This document shows positions 16,790 through 27,467 of a stretch of DNA of 44,063 nucleotides, piece by piece. Origin of the DNA: Patescibacteria group bacterium (GTDB lineage: Bacteria; Patescibacteriota; Minisyncoccia; UBA6257; JACRHW01); the NCBI GenBank assembly GCA_028865725.1, contig JAGWJP010000005.1, positions 1 through 44,063 on the forward strand, given 5' to 3'. Under the pieces are notes generated by a model. That model saw nothing but the letters and a program-made list of their open reading frames with translations. It was not told the DNA's origin and ran no database searches. Position numbers and translations under genes: made by a program. How positions within the stretch are numbered: position 1 is the stretch's first letter; every line of letters starts with the position of its first letter.

Positions 16790-17992
16790 ATGTTAGCGAC
16801 ATTCAAGGAACAGTTCGACAACGCCTATCAGGCTGTGTTCGACAAAGTGCTCGTGGCAATGGAGATTGCCAACACGCGTCTCGAGACAAAACTCGAGTAT
16901 GGAGCATCGGTAAAGCGTGTGAAGTATTCTCTAGCTCCGATCAGGGTACGCAATATCACGATCGGCGTGAACCGAACCATTGACCAGCTCAATGACTCCG
17001 GCGAAACCCTGCTTGTAAACAAGAACAAGGGTTCTGACTTCCGCGTCTCGAAGAAAGAAATGATTCAGGCTGGCCCGCTGAATCCGGCCGAGACGATCGG
17101 TGCCGAGGTAGCCAAGAAGCTATCCCGATACATCGATGCCGACGTGTTTGCTGAAGTCAAAAAGGCAAAGCAGACATTCGATACCGGCGACCTCACCACA
17201 ATGATGTCGAGCGGTGTAGCTATAGCTCTTTCCACCACCAACGTCCCTCAGCTTTTGGCACAAGGACGCGCCAAGCTGCGCAGGGCAAACCAAGACCTCA
17301 CCAGTCTGGCGCTGGTCCTCGACAGTTACGGCGGATCGGTGATCGAGCAGTACGTCATGTCTAAAAACATTGACCTTGCTGCTGCAGCCTTCAAGAACGG
17401 CTATGCCGGTCCTGTGGGCGGTGCGGAGCTTTATCTCTCCGAGAACCTGCTTGCCGAGGCGGTCATCACTATGGCGTCAAACCCTTCAAACGGCGAGACG
17501 TTCTCGGTGAACGGATTCACGTACAAGTTCGTGGATACGATCGGTACCGATCCGGGCAACGTGCTTATTGAAACGGGAGTCGATGACACCCGAGACAACC
17601 TGATTGATGCGATTCATCAGAAGACGGCTACCGCCGGAACGAAGTACATCGCATGGACTGACACGGATCCGAACTACGATCAGTCCAACTGGGTCGACCT
17701 GCAGATTGCTGCAGTCGATGATGATGCGGCAAACACTATCACCATTACCGGAACCGGTTCGGGCAGGCTCACCTTCGGAGGTACGGCAACCTATACGGTT
17801 ACCAAGAACCTCGTTCACGCCTACTACGGCAAGAAGGGCGCAATCGACGTGGTCGTCCAAGACCTCGCCGAGATGGAAATGGTCGACGATCCGTACCAGA
17901 GGGCAAAGATCATCCGTGCGGATGCAATCTATGGAATCTTTACCTTCGCCGACGGAAAACCTCAGTTCCTCGACGTTCTTCTCCAGTCATAA
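16790..17992 (+). CDS. Major capsid protein (HK97 fold, P22-coat-like) with inserted domain
   Basis: Position after scaffold; YGASVK, LSRYIDADV, C-terminal RADAIYG..F. Confidence 0.8.
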   Translation: MLATFKEQFDNAYQAVFDKVLVAMEIANTRLETKLEYGASVKRVKYSLAPIRVRNITIGVNRTIDQLNDSGETLLVNKNKGSDFRVSKKEMIQAGPLNPAETIGAEVAKKLSRYIDADVFAEVKKAKQTFDTGDLTTMMSSGVAIALSTTNVPQLLAQGRAKLRRANQDLTSLALVLDSYGGSVIEQYVMSKNIDLAAAAFKNGYAGPVGGAELYLSENLLAEAVITMASNPSNGETFSVNGFTYKFVDTIGTDPGNVLIETGVDDTRDNLIDAIHQKTATAGTKYIAWTDTDPNYDQSNWVDLQIAAVDDDAANTITITGTGSGRLTFGGTATYTVTKNLVHAYYGKKGAIDVVVQDLAEMEMVDDPYQRAKIIRADAIYGIFTFADGKPQFLDVLLQS

Positions 17993-18075
17993 CGGCTGCA
18001 CTGTCCCGAGTCCGCTCGGGTCCAGTGCCGGACACACGATCAATCATGTTTCAGGCATTGGGAAATATATAAACC

Positions 18076-18705
18076 ATGGCAACACCACTAACAGGACAAC
18101 AGATCATAGAACGCTTCGAGTTTTATACCGACGATACAACAGACCTCTCGAGCGACGAGGAGCTTATTCTTGCGAATGACAAGATCAGACTGATCTTCAT
18201 GGAGCAGCCGTGGGAGTTTCTGCGAAGAAATAAGACAGGCGTTGTAGGAAGCGACGGCAAGATTGCTCTTCCTGCCGACCTTGACGAACTCCTAGAGAAC
18301 TTCAGTGATGATTCGAGCGTGGGAGAACCCACGATGAAAGTAATCTATATAGGCGGGCAGAAGTCTCCGTATCTCGTGGTTCCGATGGGACAGAGAAATG
18401 CCAACAACTTCAGCAATGTCTGTTGGATAGATCCTTCTGACGGAAAAATAAACTTTGCACAAAATCCAGGTGTAGGTGCTGCTTACGAATATGACTACAA
18501 GACCAGTCCTGACGATATTGCAGTCGGCACTTCGCCTAAACTTCCTGCCGAATATCATCCGATGATTGTCTTTGCCATGCTTATCGACGAAGAAATCATT
18601 AAGAAATCTGAAAAGGCACGCAGCAATATGCAGGACAATGCGGTTCAGTACCAGCGATACCTCAAGAACCTCAAGCTCAGAGATGCGAGATTTAAACTTT
18701 CTTAA
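18076..18705 (+). CDS. Head-to-tail adaptor protein
   Basis: PWEFL, ALPAD, PKLPAEYH.MIV..., typical of podovirus adaptors. Confidence 0.7.
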   Translation: MATPLTGQQIIERFEFYTDDTTDLSSDEELILANDKIRLIFMEQPWEFLRRNKTGVVGSDGKIALPADLDELLENFSDDSSVGEPTMKVIYIGGQKSPYLVVPMGQRNANNFSNVCWIDPSDGKINFAQNPGVGAAYEYDYKTSPDDIAVGTSPKLPAEYHPMIVFAMLIDEEIIKKSEKARSNMQDNAVQYQRYLKNLKLRDARFKLS

Positions 18706-18708
18706 TTT

Positions 18709-20610
18709 ATGGCCGATCATGAGATTAAAAAATTTGCATCAGGAGTACATAACCGCGAAGATAACGAGGACACGCCAAAAGACAGCGCCAAAGACGCACT
18801 CAACTGGGTGACTATTGACGGAAGGATAGAGCTAGCGCGAGGAAAAGTGACGGTAGGAACCGAAGGCCCAGCAGGATCGTGCCCGGCAATCCATGTGGGA
18901 TACAAAGCAAACGGAACCGGAGTGCTCTGGAGAAAGGTAGCGACGGCAATTCAGTACTTCAACGGTCTGACGTGGATCGATGTCGTCACCGGACTCAATC
19001 CCGGCGACGTTTACGTGTTCACGAACTACAGCTCACTCACGGGAGCGTGGACATTTGCCGGCGGTCCGGGCGGTCTCTTCAAATTTGCCAATGCCAATCC
19101 GACTAACTACATCCAGCTTTATAGCATTGCAGACTTTTTCTGCGGATTTCCTCTGATCGACAAGGCAAGAATGTATCTCTGGGGAATTGTGAAAGACACA
19201 ACGGCACTTTATCGCAGTTACATCGATGTTCAGCGTGATGGCGTCAGCTTTACGCAGGTCTCAAACGAAAATCTCGCATCAGGAAACGGGTCGCAAACTT
19301 CATTCTCCGGGACATTATCCTTCAAGAGCGGCCAGCAGAAAAGAAACTGCGGACTTGTAACAATTAAATGCACTGACGGCGGAGGAGAAATATTCACTGA
19401 CGACAAGAACGGAACTTTGAAGGGGACTGCAGGCGGAGCAGGAACCATTAATTATATTACTGGAGCATGGAGCGTGAACTTTGTAACCGTCCCGACTAAC
19501 AGCGCAAACAATATCAAAGCAGACTATGTCTGGGAAAACAGCACAACGAAAGGTGTCGCGGATTTTACCTACAGCGCATCACGACTTGCTGGAGAGGGAG
19601 ATGTGATCCGACAGGATGAAGGAGGTGACGCCATTCAGCAGCTTGTGATCGGTATTGATGGAAACTACTACTCACTCAAAAAGCAGAGTGCATACCAGCA
19701 TAAATACACGGATGACGACAAAACATTTAATAACCAAGTGGTCCGAAGAAATATCGGAGTTCTCACAAGAAAAAGCTCTGTCACTACCGGCCGAGGTGTG
19801 GTCTTTATAAATACTGCCAACCCTGACAGACCACAGCTCACCGTTCTCGAAAAGAACCCTCTGGGTGATGACATTCTTGCAACGGAACTTATTCCGCATT
19901 TTGCATGGGAGAAGTTCGATTATTCGGATGCGGTCATGGAAACCTACGGACAATTTATTGTTCTGTCGTGCCGGGCTCAATCAAGCATCGTAAATGACCG
20001 CACGCTTATCATCGACATTGTGAAAAACACTGTCGACATTTCGAACTACGGAATGAAAGCTCTCATCAAGGATTCCGGAGTACTCTACGGCGGAAGTCCT
20101 CACACTCAGACAGTTTACAAGATTCTCAACGGATTCGACGATGACGGATATGTAATCCAAAACAACTGGGACAGCAAGTACGAAACCTACGGAGTCCGAA
20201 GACTGAAAAAATATCGCAGACTCAGATATCGAGGAGAAATAGATCCCGCTCAATACGTGGAAGTGTATGCCGACTTCGACGGAGCCGGATATGCCCTCAT
20301 TGGCACAATTCGCGGTGATGCGACATATGTCAACCGCACAAGTCCATCAAGCGTCGGTACGACCATGATCGGAGACTCTGCCGTGGGCGGAGACGGTGCA
20401 GCTCAGGTCTATCCGTACGAGCTTCAGATCAAGGCGATGAAGATCCCCAAGTTCCGAAGACGCAGTATCCGTTTTATAGCCAAGGGAATCGGCTATGTCA
20501 GCGTAATGGAATCGGTCGACTGGGACATTTTGACCTACGAGGACAAACTGCCTAAGGTTTACCGCCAAAAAGAGCATATAAGCCTGGACGGAAAGAGCGT
20601 GAACCAGTAA
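18709..20610 (+). CDS. Tail nozzle/stabilisation protein (P22 gp10-like)
   Basis: 633 aa beta-rich, FASGV start, RRLKKYRRL C-terminal region; position after adaptor. Confidence 0.65.
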   Translation: MADHEIKKFASGVHNREDNEDTPKDSAKDALNWVTIDGRIELARGKVTVGTEGPAGSCPAIHVGYKANGTGVLWRKVATAIQYFNGLTWIDVVTGLNPGDVYVFTNYSSLTGAWTFAGGPGGLFKFANANPTNYIQLYSIADFFCGFPLIDKARMYLWGIVKDTTALYRSYIDVQRDGVSFTQVSNENLASGNGSQTSFSGTLSFKSGQQKRNCGLVTIKCTDGGGEIFTDDKNGTLKGTAGGAGTINYITGAWSVNFVTVPTNSANNIKADYVWENSTTKGVADFTYSASRLAGEGDVIRQDEGGDAIQQLVIGIDGNYYSLKKQSAYQHKYTDDDKTFNNQVVRRNIGVLTRKSSVTTGRGVVFINTANPDRPQLTVLEKNPLGDDILATELIPHFAWEKFDYSDAVMETYGQFIVLSCRAQSSIVNDRTLIIDIVKNTVDISNYGMKALIKDSGVLYGGSPHTQTVYKILNGFDDDGYVIQNNWDSKYETYGVRRLKKYRRLRYRGEIDPAQYVEVYADFDGAGYALIGTIRGDATYVNRTSPSSVGTTMIGDSAVGGDGAAQVYPYELQIKAMKIPKFRRRSIRFIAKGIGYVSVMESVDWDILTYEDKLPKVYRQKEHISLDGKSVNQ

Positions 20611-20650
20611 TGCACCCAATTTTGCATTTTCTTCAGATCATACTTACACC
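20606..20650 (+). promoter_or_regulatory. Phage late promoter 3 (leaderless)
   Basis: 24-bp motif-N9-CATACT-N6-ATG(20651). Confidence 0.75.
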
Positions 20651-21424
20651 ATGGCATCCAAACTCACCAAAGTAGTCGCAAATTTCGAAACCTCACTCGC
20701 CACAAAACTGGCCAATGGCGCTACTGTAGGCGCACTCACAAGCATAACCGACAAGAACGGAGTTGCTCTGCCTACAGGAAAGTACTGCATGATTATTGAT
20801 CGAGGGACAGGTGACGAGGAACATCTTCTCTTTGATCTTTCTGGCACGACAATGAGCAATATTTTCAGTGTATCAAGGCAGGGGGTCCAGACTTCCGGTG
20901 TTCAGAACCTAAATGGACACAGAGCAGGTTCGAAATGCTACCTGACTGACTTCGTAAATCTGAAGGTTATCGCTGATATTTTGAACGGAGACGATACGCT
21001 TGATTCAGCAAAGCCTCTCAAATATGATGCTGATCCAAATTTTAATGATTCAAAACAGGTAGTCTCAAAAGGCTACGTTGATACCAATCTTGCAGGCAAG
21101 GCATCAACAAACGGCAACAATACTTTTTCAGGAAATAATAATTTTATAAATTCTCCGAATATCCCAAACGCCTCAAGTGCCTCCCAGCCGGTGACGCTTG
21201 CACAGCTTATGGCTGCTGCGCTTACCGGCATCCAGGACGGCCTCGAATACATCGACGTTGCTATCAACGCCGACGGAAGTGTGAGGTCCGTGCACGACAA
21301 CGTGAACGGAAAAACAATCGTGTTCGAATACGACGATAACCGGCTGCTCAAGAGCATCTATGACGGAATAAAGAAATGGTCTATCAGAGACTTCGAAGGC
21401 AGGATCGCAAGCATTACTCATTAA
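20651..21424 (+). CDS. Tail fibre attachment/structural protein
   Basis: ANFETSLA...HRAGS N-terminal module, SKGYVD, NNTFSGNNNF fibre-like repeats. Confidence 0.6.
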   Translation: MASKLTKVVANFETSLATKLANGATVGALTSITDKNGVALPTGKYCMIIDRGTGDEEHLLFDLSGTTMSNIFSVSRQGVQTSGVQNLNGHRAGSKCYLTDFVNLKVIADILNGDDTLDSAKPLKYDADPNFNDSKQVVSKGYVDTNLAGKASTNGNNTFSGNNNFINSPNIPNASSASQPVTLAQLMAAALTGIQDGLEYIDVAINADGSVRSVHDNVNGKTIVFEYDDNRLLKSIYDGIKKWSIRDFEGRIASITH

Positions 21425-21440
21425 AAATAATTTAAATAAA

Positions 21441-23519
21441 ATGATCAATTTACAAGTAGACAGGAGAGCGGACAAATCAACACTGGTCAAAAGCCAGCAG
21501 ATATCGCCGTTGCCGAAATTCGTAGAGTGGAACCGCCCGGGCATGGTGCAATGGCCTGCAGTTAAAGCGCAGGGCAAGCTCACCCTTACGAATCAGCCTG
21601 CAGCAGGACAAGTGATAACACTTGGATCAAAAACATATTCCTTCGTGGCAAGCCTCACGACCAATACTGACGGACAAATCGTAATCGGCGGAACTGTTGC
21701 GGCAACCAGAGCGAATATCGTGGCAGCCGTGAATCTCTCCGGACTTCCAGGTAGTCAGTATGCCTCCGCGACTTCCTTAAACGGAGATGTCGAGGCTGCG
21801 ATCGTAGGAAACGACATCATATTCACGGCAAAGACCGGTGGCGTAGCAGGCAACTCCATTGTCAGCACTTCGACGTTGGTACCTCCGAATACTTTTGATG
21901 CAGCCACACTCGGTACATACCGCGCAGGAGCCGCAATCAGTGATGCGGAATCCATGATCATCCCCGGATACAGAGGATGTTTCAACAACTACATTAACAA
22001 CATGTGGAATAACCGCGAGATGTACTACATCGGCCGGTCCTCATGGGACGGAGATACGGATAGAGCTTTCGGTATCCAGGAAGAATTGTTCAGGGAATTT
22101 CCTGACAACGAATATTTGATCAATGCGGGAGCAACAAGAAAAATGTATGCGCTTAATTTCCTCGAGCGCAAGGTTAAAAGCGTGAGAACCCTCACGATGT
22201 ATACCAAACTCCGCGATATTGAAGTTCAGACACTCTCGTCTCCCTTTGCAAAAAGCACAAGCAATCTTGTCTTCAAGACGATTGAGCTCGATGCTACAAG
22301 GTTCATTGTCTTTTATCGTCAACAGGCTGGTACAACTGGAATCTATGCTGTCGTAGGGAACACAAACACAAACGGAACTGTTACGTGGGGTGCACCGCTG
22401 CTTATGTACACCGTTGACTGGTACAACGAAAACTTTGATGCGGTACTCATAAATACAGACAAAGTCCTTATCGCTCTGCCTGTCGGTGCCTCAAACTATA
22501 TAAACACGGCAGTAGTTACAATTTCGGGAACCGGCATCGCACTAAATACTCCCGTCCAGGTGATCAACGTCGCGCCGAGCTACAAGCAGCTCGTCAAAGT
22601 GGGAACAGATAAAGCGATTCTTGCGTTTGAGAACGGATCAAACATAAACCTCTACTGCGTCTCGGTATCGGGAACGGTGCCTTCATACGGATCGCTGGCG
22701 ACAATTGCATCAGCATCCAAACCGATGTTTGCTCCGAACAGCACTGACAAATGCCAGATTGCATACATTGGCTCCGGCGGATGGTATTCAGCCGTCGTAA
22801 CTACTTCCGGCAGCACTATAACTGTCCAGGCCGGTGTGCAGATCAACTACGATACGAACTACTCATACCGATACATCATGATGTTCCAGATAACTACTGA
22901 CACCTTCATGTTCTGGAGTCACTGGGGCACGGTGCAATATCAGTCGCGTAACCGCTATCGCGCCGGCCTGATTACTGTTTCAGGAACCAATACAACCCTA
23001 GCAAGCAGTAACTATCTGCCGTCCGGCTGGTGGGGAGACAGCTTGATGTACACAAAGCCGATTGATGCTACGAGTTTCTACTTTTATAGATATGAAGCAC
23101 AGCGTGTCACTGGCGCAAAAGTAATGCTCTCCGGTACGACGCTTACATTCCCGAACATGCCGTACAAGAGTTTCGGTTGGAATGAAAACCAGGGCGATCA
23201 GCAGATATACAAATATCAGCAGTACAACAACATAACCCAGATCGCTGACCCGGTCATCTGCAACGGTATCTTGTTTATCGTGACGACCGACAACAATGCA
23301 AGCGGACAAATTGTAATTATGAGCGACAAGCCGTTCTCATTTGATTTATACAACGGCGACGATTTCTTCGGTACGTTTACAAAATCCGATCTTGGCATTC
23401 AGCAAAAGATTCAGGTTGATATTCCGATTGGTAAGGAAGAATTCGGTTTGAAGATGAAAAGCAATGACAGCGTCGTCCGCACAGCGCAAATAGATCACAT
23501 GTATCTTGCAATCGATTAA
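21441..23519 (+). CDS. Putative receptor-binding/tail spike protein with beta-propeller-like repeats
   Basis: Repeated V.T.SGT..(T/S) blades; N-terminal domain shared with the capsid insertion. Confidence 0.6.
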   Translation: MINLQVDRRADKSTLVKSQQISPLPKFVEWNRPGMVQWPAVKAQGKLTLTNQPAAGQVITLGSKTYSFVASLTTNTDGQIVIGGTVAATRANIVAAVNLSGLPGSQYASATSLNGDVEAAIVGNDIIFTAKTGGVAGNSIVSTSTLVPPNTFDAATLGTYRAGAAISDAESMIIPGYRGCFNNYINNMWNNREMYYIGRSSWDGDTDRAFGIQEELFREFPDNEYLINAGATRKMYALNFLERKVKSVRTLTMYTKLRDIEVQTLSSPFAKSTSNLVFKTIELDATRFIVFYRQQAGTTGIYAVVGNTNTNGTVTWGAPLLMYTVDWYNENFDAVLINTDKVLIALPVGASNYINTAVVTISGTGIALNTPVQVINVAPSYKQLVKVGTDKAILAFENGSNINLYCVSVSGTVPSYGSLATIASASKPMFAPNSTDKCQIAYIGSGGWYSAVVTTSGSTITVQAGVQINYDTNYSYRYIMMFQITTDTFMFWSHWGTVQYQSRNRYRAGLITVSGTNTTLASSNYLPSGWWGDSLMYTKPIDATSFYFYRYEAQRVTGAKVMLSGTTLTFPNMPYKSFGWNENQGDQQIYKYQQYNNITQIADPVICNGILFIVTTDNNASGQIVIMSDKPFSFDLYNGDDFFGTFTKSDLGIQQKIQVDIPIGKEEFGLKMKSNDSVVRTAQIDHMYLAID

Positions 23520-23525
23520 AAATAA

Positions 23526-25124
23526 ATGAGCGTATACACCATACAATACGGCGACACCTTAAACGGGATCGCATCAAAGTCGGGAAAGAGCATTCAGGAA
23601 CTGATGCGTCTTAATCCATCTATTGTCGATCCGAACAAAATCTATGCGGGACGTACGTTGAACCTTGGAGAATCAGCACCGGCAGCGCCTGCTCCTACAC
23701 CGACTCCCGCAGCTCCGCAAAAACAGACGATTGCGCAGGTTGCAAAAGTTACGGTCCCAAACTATGTCCAGGATCCTACTTCTGCACAGATCGGGAACAA
23801 CTACCGAACCCAGGCAACCAGCACTGTGGACGAGGAAGCCATCAGATCAGCCACAAGAGCACGTATTCAGGGCCAAATTGACGCCATAAACGGCGCTGTA
23901 GCCGATCAAATAGCAAACTTCAGGTCTACCACGGCTAAGAACCGCCAAGGCCAGTCGTACGCCCTCGCAGCAGCTGGCGGCCGAATTGGCAGCGCTACCG
24001 GAGAGTCGGAATTCCAGACCACGGAAGACTACAACAACAAAGAAGAACAGACCTACCGAGACGATGCCAACAACAAGATCTCGCAGCTTCTCGGTGCAGC
24101 CACTCGGGATGCCGATGCGGAAATCAAAGCCAAAAGAGATGCGATTCAGCAGGGAGTTGATAAATATTTCGAATTCTTGGATAACCAAGGAAAGCAGAAA
24201 CGCGATCAGGTGACTGCGTTCGTCAAAAATATGCTTGCTCTCGGAGTCGATCCGAGCCAACTTCAGGATTCCGATTTCCAGAAACTACAGGATCAGTACG
24301 GATTCACCAGAGAACAGCTCGTGTCTTTGTATAACGATGCCAAGACACAGAAAGATCAGCAGGATGTGCAGACAGAAAAACAAAAAGCAGATCTTGAAAA
24401 AGCTAAGAACGATAGCAATCAATTCAGTCTCAATGAAGGAGATGCCCGCTATGTTTACGATCCGGAAACCGGAACTGCAAAACTTATTGCACAGCGTCCA
24501 AAAACATATGCTCCAAAGGGTACCAGTTCAGATACGCCAGGTACGACGCTCGCATACAGCGATCCGAACTACACGCTTGACGCCATCCGCAATTCAAAGG
24601 GCGGAAGATTTCTCACGCAGGGAGAACTCAAGCCTATTACAGACATTCAGACCATTGTCGGTCAGGCTGAAACTCTTACAGGCTTTGTAAACAGTATCGA
24701 TACCGGTCCGATTGTTGGCATCATCAAGAGTGCCAACCCTTACGACACTAAAGCGCAGGAAATGAAGGCGGCAGTAACAGCGATTGTCCCTAAACTTGCC
24801 CGAGGTGTGTACGGAGAAGTCGGCGTGCTTACCGATCAGGATATCGAAAACTATTCGCGCACGATCGCCAATTTGAAAAATACAACCGACGTGAACAAAG
24901 CTGTGATGGCAATGACGCTCGATATCGCTACTAGGTCCCTGGCTAATCAATTGAACTCTTTGTCGGCCGGCGGACGAGATGTCTCTAAGTTTGAATCTAT
25001 CTACCAGGGTATGAATGAAAAGGCTTCGAAACTGAAAGCCGAGCTCGGAGTCGGTCAGGCTCCTGCGTCGCAGTCCTCAACTTTCACCAGTAAGAGCGGG
25101 AAGACATATAACCTGCCAAACTAA
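23526..25124 (+). CDS. LysM-domain internal virion (ejection) protein
   Basis: YTIQYGDTLNGIA...LMRLNPSIVDPNKIYAGRTL LysM, Pro/Ala linker, Q/A-rich helices. Confidence 0.75.
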   Translation: MSVYTIQYGDTLNGIASKSGKSIQELMRLNPSIVDPNKIYAGRTLNLGESAPAAPAPTPTPAAPQKQTIAQVAKVTVPNYVQDPTSAQIGNNYRTQATSTVDEEAIRSATRARIQGQIDAINGAVADQIANFRSTTAKNRQGQSYALAAAGGRIGSATGESEFQTTEDYNNKEEQTYRDDANNKISQLLGAATRDADAEIKAKRDAIQQGVDKYFEFLDNQGKQKRDQVTAFVKNMLALGVDPSQLQDSDFQKLQDQYGFTREQLVSLYNDAKTQKDQQDVQTEKQKADLEKAKNDSNQFSLNEGDARYVYDPETGTAKLIAQRPKTYAPKGTSSDTPGTTLAYSDPNYTLDAIRNSKGGRFLTQGELKPITDIQTIVGQAETLTGFVNSIDTGPIVGIIKSANPYDTKAQEMKAAVTAIVPKLARGVYGEVGVLTDQDIENYSRTIANLKNTTDVNKAVMAMTLDIATRSLANQLNSLSAGGRDVSKFESIYQGMNEKASKLKAELGVGQAPASQSSTFTSKSGKTYNLPN

Positions 25125-25126
25125 TT

Positions 25127-27427
25127 ATGCTTACCAGACTTCAGATACAAGATAATATCGACGCACTCGAAAAGCAGGGAGCCAGCCAGCAGGAAATTCA
25201 GGAATGGCTCGATTCGCTTCCAAAGCAGTCAGCTACGGCAGCTTCGGAAGATCAGCCGAAAAAAGAAAGTCTGCTGAAAACATTTGGCAAGACGCTTATT
25301 TCAAATGAGCTCAACTTCGGCAAAAGCATAGCCGATGCTTTACCTTCGTTTGTGCCTGGAAGCGCAGCCTGGACTCTGAAACAGAACGAGGAAATTTTCA
25401 ATAATCAGCAGAAGATGATGGAGAATATGCTCGCTCAGAGAAAGAAAATGAAAGCCGAGGGTAAAGACACGACCCATATCGATCAGGGCATAAAGGATCT
25501 TCAGGAGCTCATGAGCAAGCCGGCTATCGATATCAATGAAACGAATCCGTCGATAAACAAAAGTGCTAAGCAGATCTTCGGCGAAGGACTGGGAGTGGCG
25601 ACGGACATTCTCGCTGCCGGTTCATACGGCAAGGCAGCCCAGGGAGCGCAGACAGGAAAACTTCTCGTTACCGGAAGGGCTTCGGCCAAGGTTGCCGGCG
25701 TTCTCGGAAAAGTCGGAATAGGAAGCACAATATCTCCGGCAGCAGGAGCGCTTCCAAGTATTATTGGTGGAGGTACAAAAGCCCAGGCTGCGCTAAAGGG
25801 GGCATGGCAGGGCGCAAAACAAGGCCTTGTGTCTGGTGGAATAACCGGTGCGACTCAGGGAGCAACTCGAGCTATGCAGGCGGACAAATCAAATACCGAG
25901 ATTGCGGAAGATGCGATTGCCGGCGGAGCTATCGGCGGTACTGCCGGAGCCGTTGTTGGAGGTATAGTCGGCGGCACATCGGGATATTTGAACCGCAGAA
26001 GGGAAATCAACAGCATGCTCAAAAATGCGGCAACGCCGGATGAGGAAATAAGTTCGCTGCATAAAGAAATTGCAACCCATGCTGATGAAGATTCATTCAA
26101 AGTCGCAATTAAGAAGGGGGATTTGAATATTGAACAGGTCTATCAGAAAGACGGATCGCTTAATCCTGATCTTGCCAAAGGACGCATTGACGATATTGCT
26201 GCGAATCTCGACAGAAAACTTCCGGGAGCTGGCGAAAAATATAAAACGCTCATTGATCCGAATAAAACTACCTTTGATGAACTAATTTCTAAGGCAGATG
26301 ATGTCATTGATGAAAGCAAAAAGATTCCCGCTGACGCTATCAAGTACACGGTAAATGCCGAAGGCAAGAAAGTTGTCGATGATAAAGCTACCGAGGCGCT
26401 CAAGTCTGGCATTTCAGATCAGGATGTCGCATTTATCAAGAATGCTTCACCTGAAGACAAGAAGGTGTTCGACAAAGCTATGAAGATCGCTGAGCAGGCG
26501 TCCAAGGATAAGGTGTATTCGCGTCAGCCGGTTGAGCAGGCCGGCAAGGTCCTCATCGATCAGGCAAATACGGTTGAAGGAGCCCGGCAGAAAGTAGGTT
26601 ATGAGCTCGGAACACTGAGAGCCAAGCTCGGAAATTCGCCCGTGGCCATCACTGACACGGCTGACGTTTTCTACAAGGATCTTGATGATGCCGGAATCAG
26701 AGTCACGAATGAAGGTCTAGACTTTTCAAAATCAAAATATGCGAATGTGCCGAAGATTCAGAAAATAATTGAAAGCGTACACGACAGAATTTCTAGTCTT
26801 GGCGGGGAGTCAGACGTAAAGACGGTCGACATGATCAGGCAGCAGCTTGGAACCGAAGTCGATCTTGGAACACTGGAAGGTAACCTCGATAAGAGCGCAA
26901 AACGAATTCTTCAAAAAGTGTACGGTGGTCTCGGAGATAATATCGCATACATCAGTACCGACTACGCGGAGCTTTCAAACCAGTATTCCAAACTTACAAG
27001 CGCCATGGACTACTTCCAGAGAGTGCTCGGCAAGGACTTTGAGGCGACAAATATCAATTCATCGCTCCGCGCCGGGGAAGTCGGACGACGAATTCTCGGC
27101 AATGCCTCGTCCCGTCCGCTCGCGATCGTAGAGAACCTTCAGGATCTTGCAAGGCAATATGGGTACAACAAAAACATTGATGCACGAAATCAGTTCCTCT
27201 TTGCCAGTTTCCTCGAAGACCTCTTCGGCACAACTCAAAGCCAAAGCCTGCAGAGCCAGATCACCAAGGGTGTAAACAATGCCGAGGAAGCAACCGGAGC
27301 CCTTACTGACGTGGCTACCGGCAACGCTTCGGGATTACTGTCCAAGGCAGTCCGCAAAGGCATCAATTTGGTACGAAACATCACGCCTGAAAGGCAGATA
27401 GAGGCTGTCAGGGCGCTCATCAGGTAA
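25127..27427 (+). CDS. Large internal virion/DNA transfer protein
   Basis: 766 aa helical protein with Gly-zipper segments (GGAIGGTAGAVVGGIVGG); position before lysis genes. Confidence 0.65.
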   Translation: MLTRLQIQDNIDALEKQGASQQEIQEWLDSLPKQSATAASEDQPKKESLLKTFGKTLISNELNFGKSIADALPSFVPGSAAWTLKQNEEIFNNQQKMMENMLAQRKKMKAEGKDTTHIDQGIKDLQELMSKPAIDINETNPSINKSAKQIFGEGLGVATDILAAGSYGKAAQGAQTGKLLVTGRASAKVAGVLGKVGIGSTISPAAGALPSIIGGGTKAQAALKGAWQGAKQGLVSGGITGATQGATRAMQADKSNTEIAEDAIAGGAIGGTAGAVVGGIVGGTSGYLNRRREINSMLKNAATPDEEISSLHKEIATHADEDSFKVAIKKGDLNIEQVYQKDGSLNPDLAKGRIDDIAANLDRKLPGAGEKYKTLIDPNKTTFDELISKADDVIDESKKIPADAIKYTVNAEGKKVVDDKATEALKSGISDQDVAFIKNASPEDKKVFDKAMKIAEQASKDKVYSRQPVEQAGKVLIDQANTVEGARQKVGYELGTLRAKLGNSPVAITDTADVFYKDLDDAGIRVTNEGLDFSKSKYANVPKIQKIIESVHDRISSLGGESDVKTVDMIRQQLGTEVDLGTLEGNLDKSAKRILQKVYGGLGDNIAYISTDYAELSNQYSKLTSAMDYFQRVLGKDFEATNINSSLRAGEVGRRILGNASSRPLAIVENLQDLARQYGYNKNIDARNQFLFASFLEDLFGTTQSQSLQSQITKGVNNAEEATGALTDVATGNASGLLSKAVRKGINLVRNITPERQIEAVRALIR

Positions 27428-27467
27428 TGCACCCTCTTTTGTGCTGTCTGGGAAATAAAATATTTAC
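27423..27467 (+). promoter_or_regulatory. Phage late promoter 4 (lysis, degenerate, leaderless)
   Basis: GGTAATGCACCCTCTTTTGTGCTG-N9-TAAAAT-N6-ATG(27468). Confidence 0.65.

Noticed and set aside
12670-20629. 24-bp exact repeats as CRISPR repeats or att sites
   Set aside because: They are kilobases apart and always at fixed spacing from a -10 hexamer, which fits promoters.
21441-23519. Diversity-generating retroelement target in the tail spike
   Set aside because: No reverse transcriptase and no template/variable repeat pair seen in the window.
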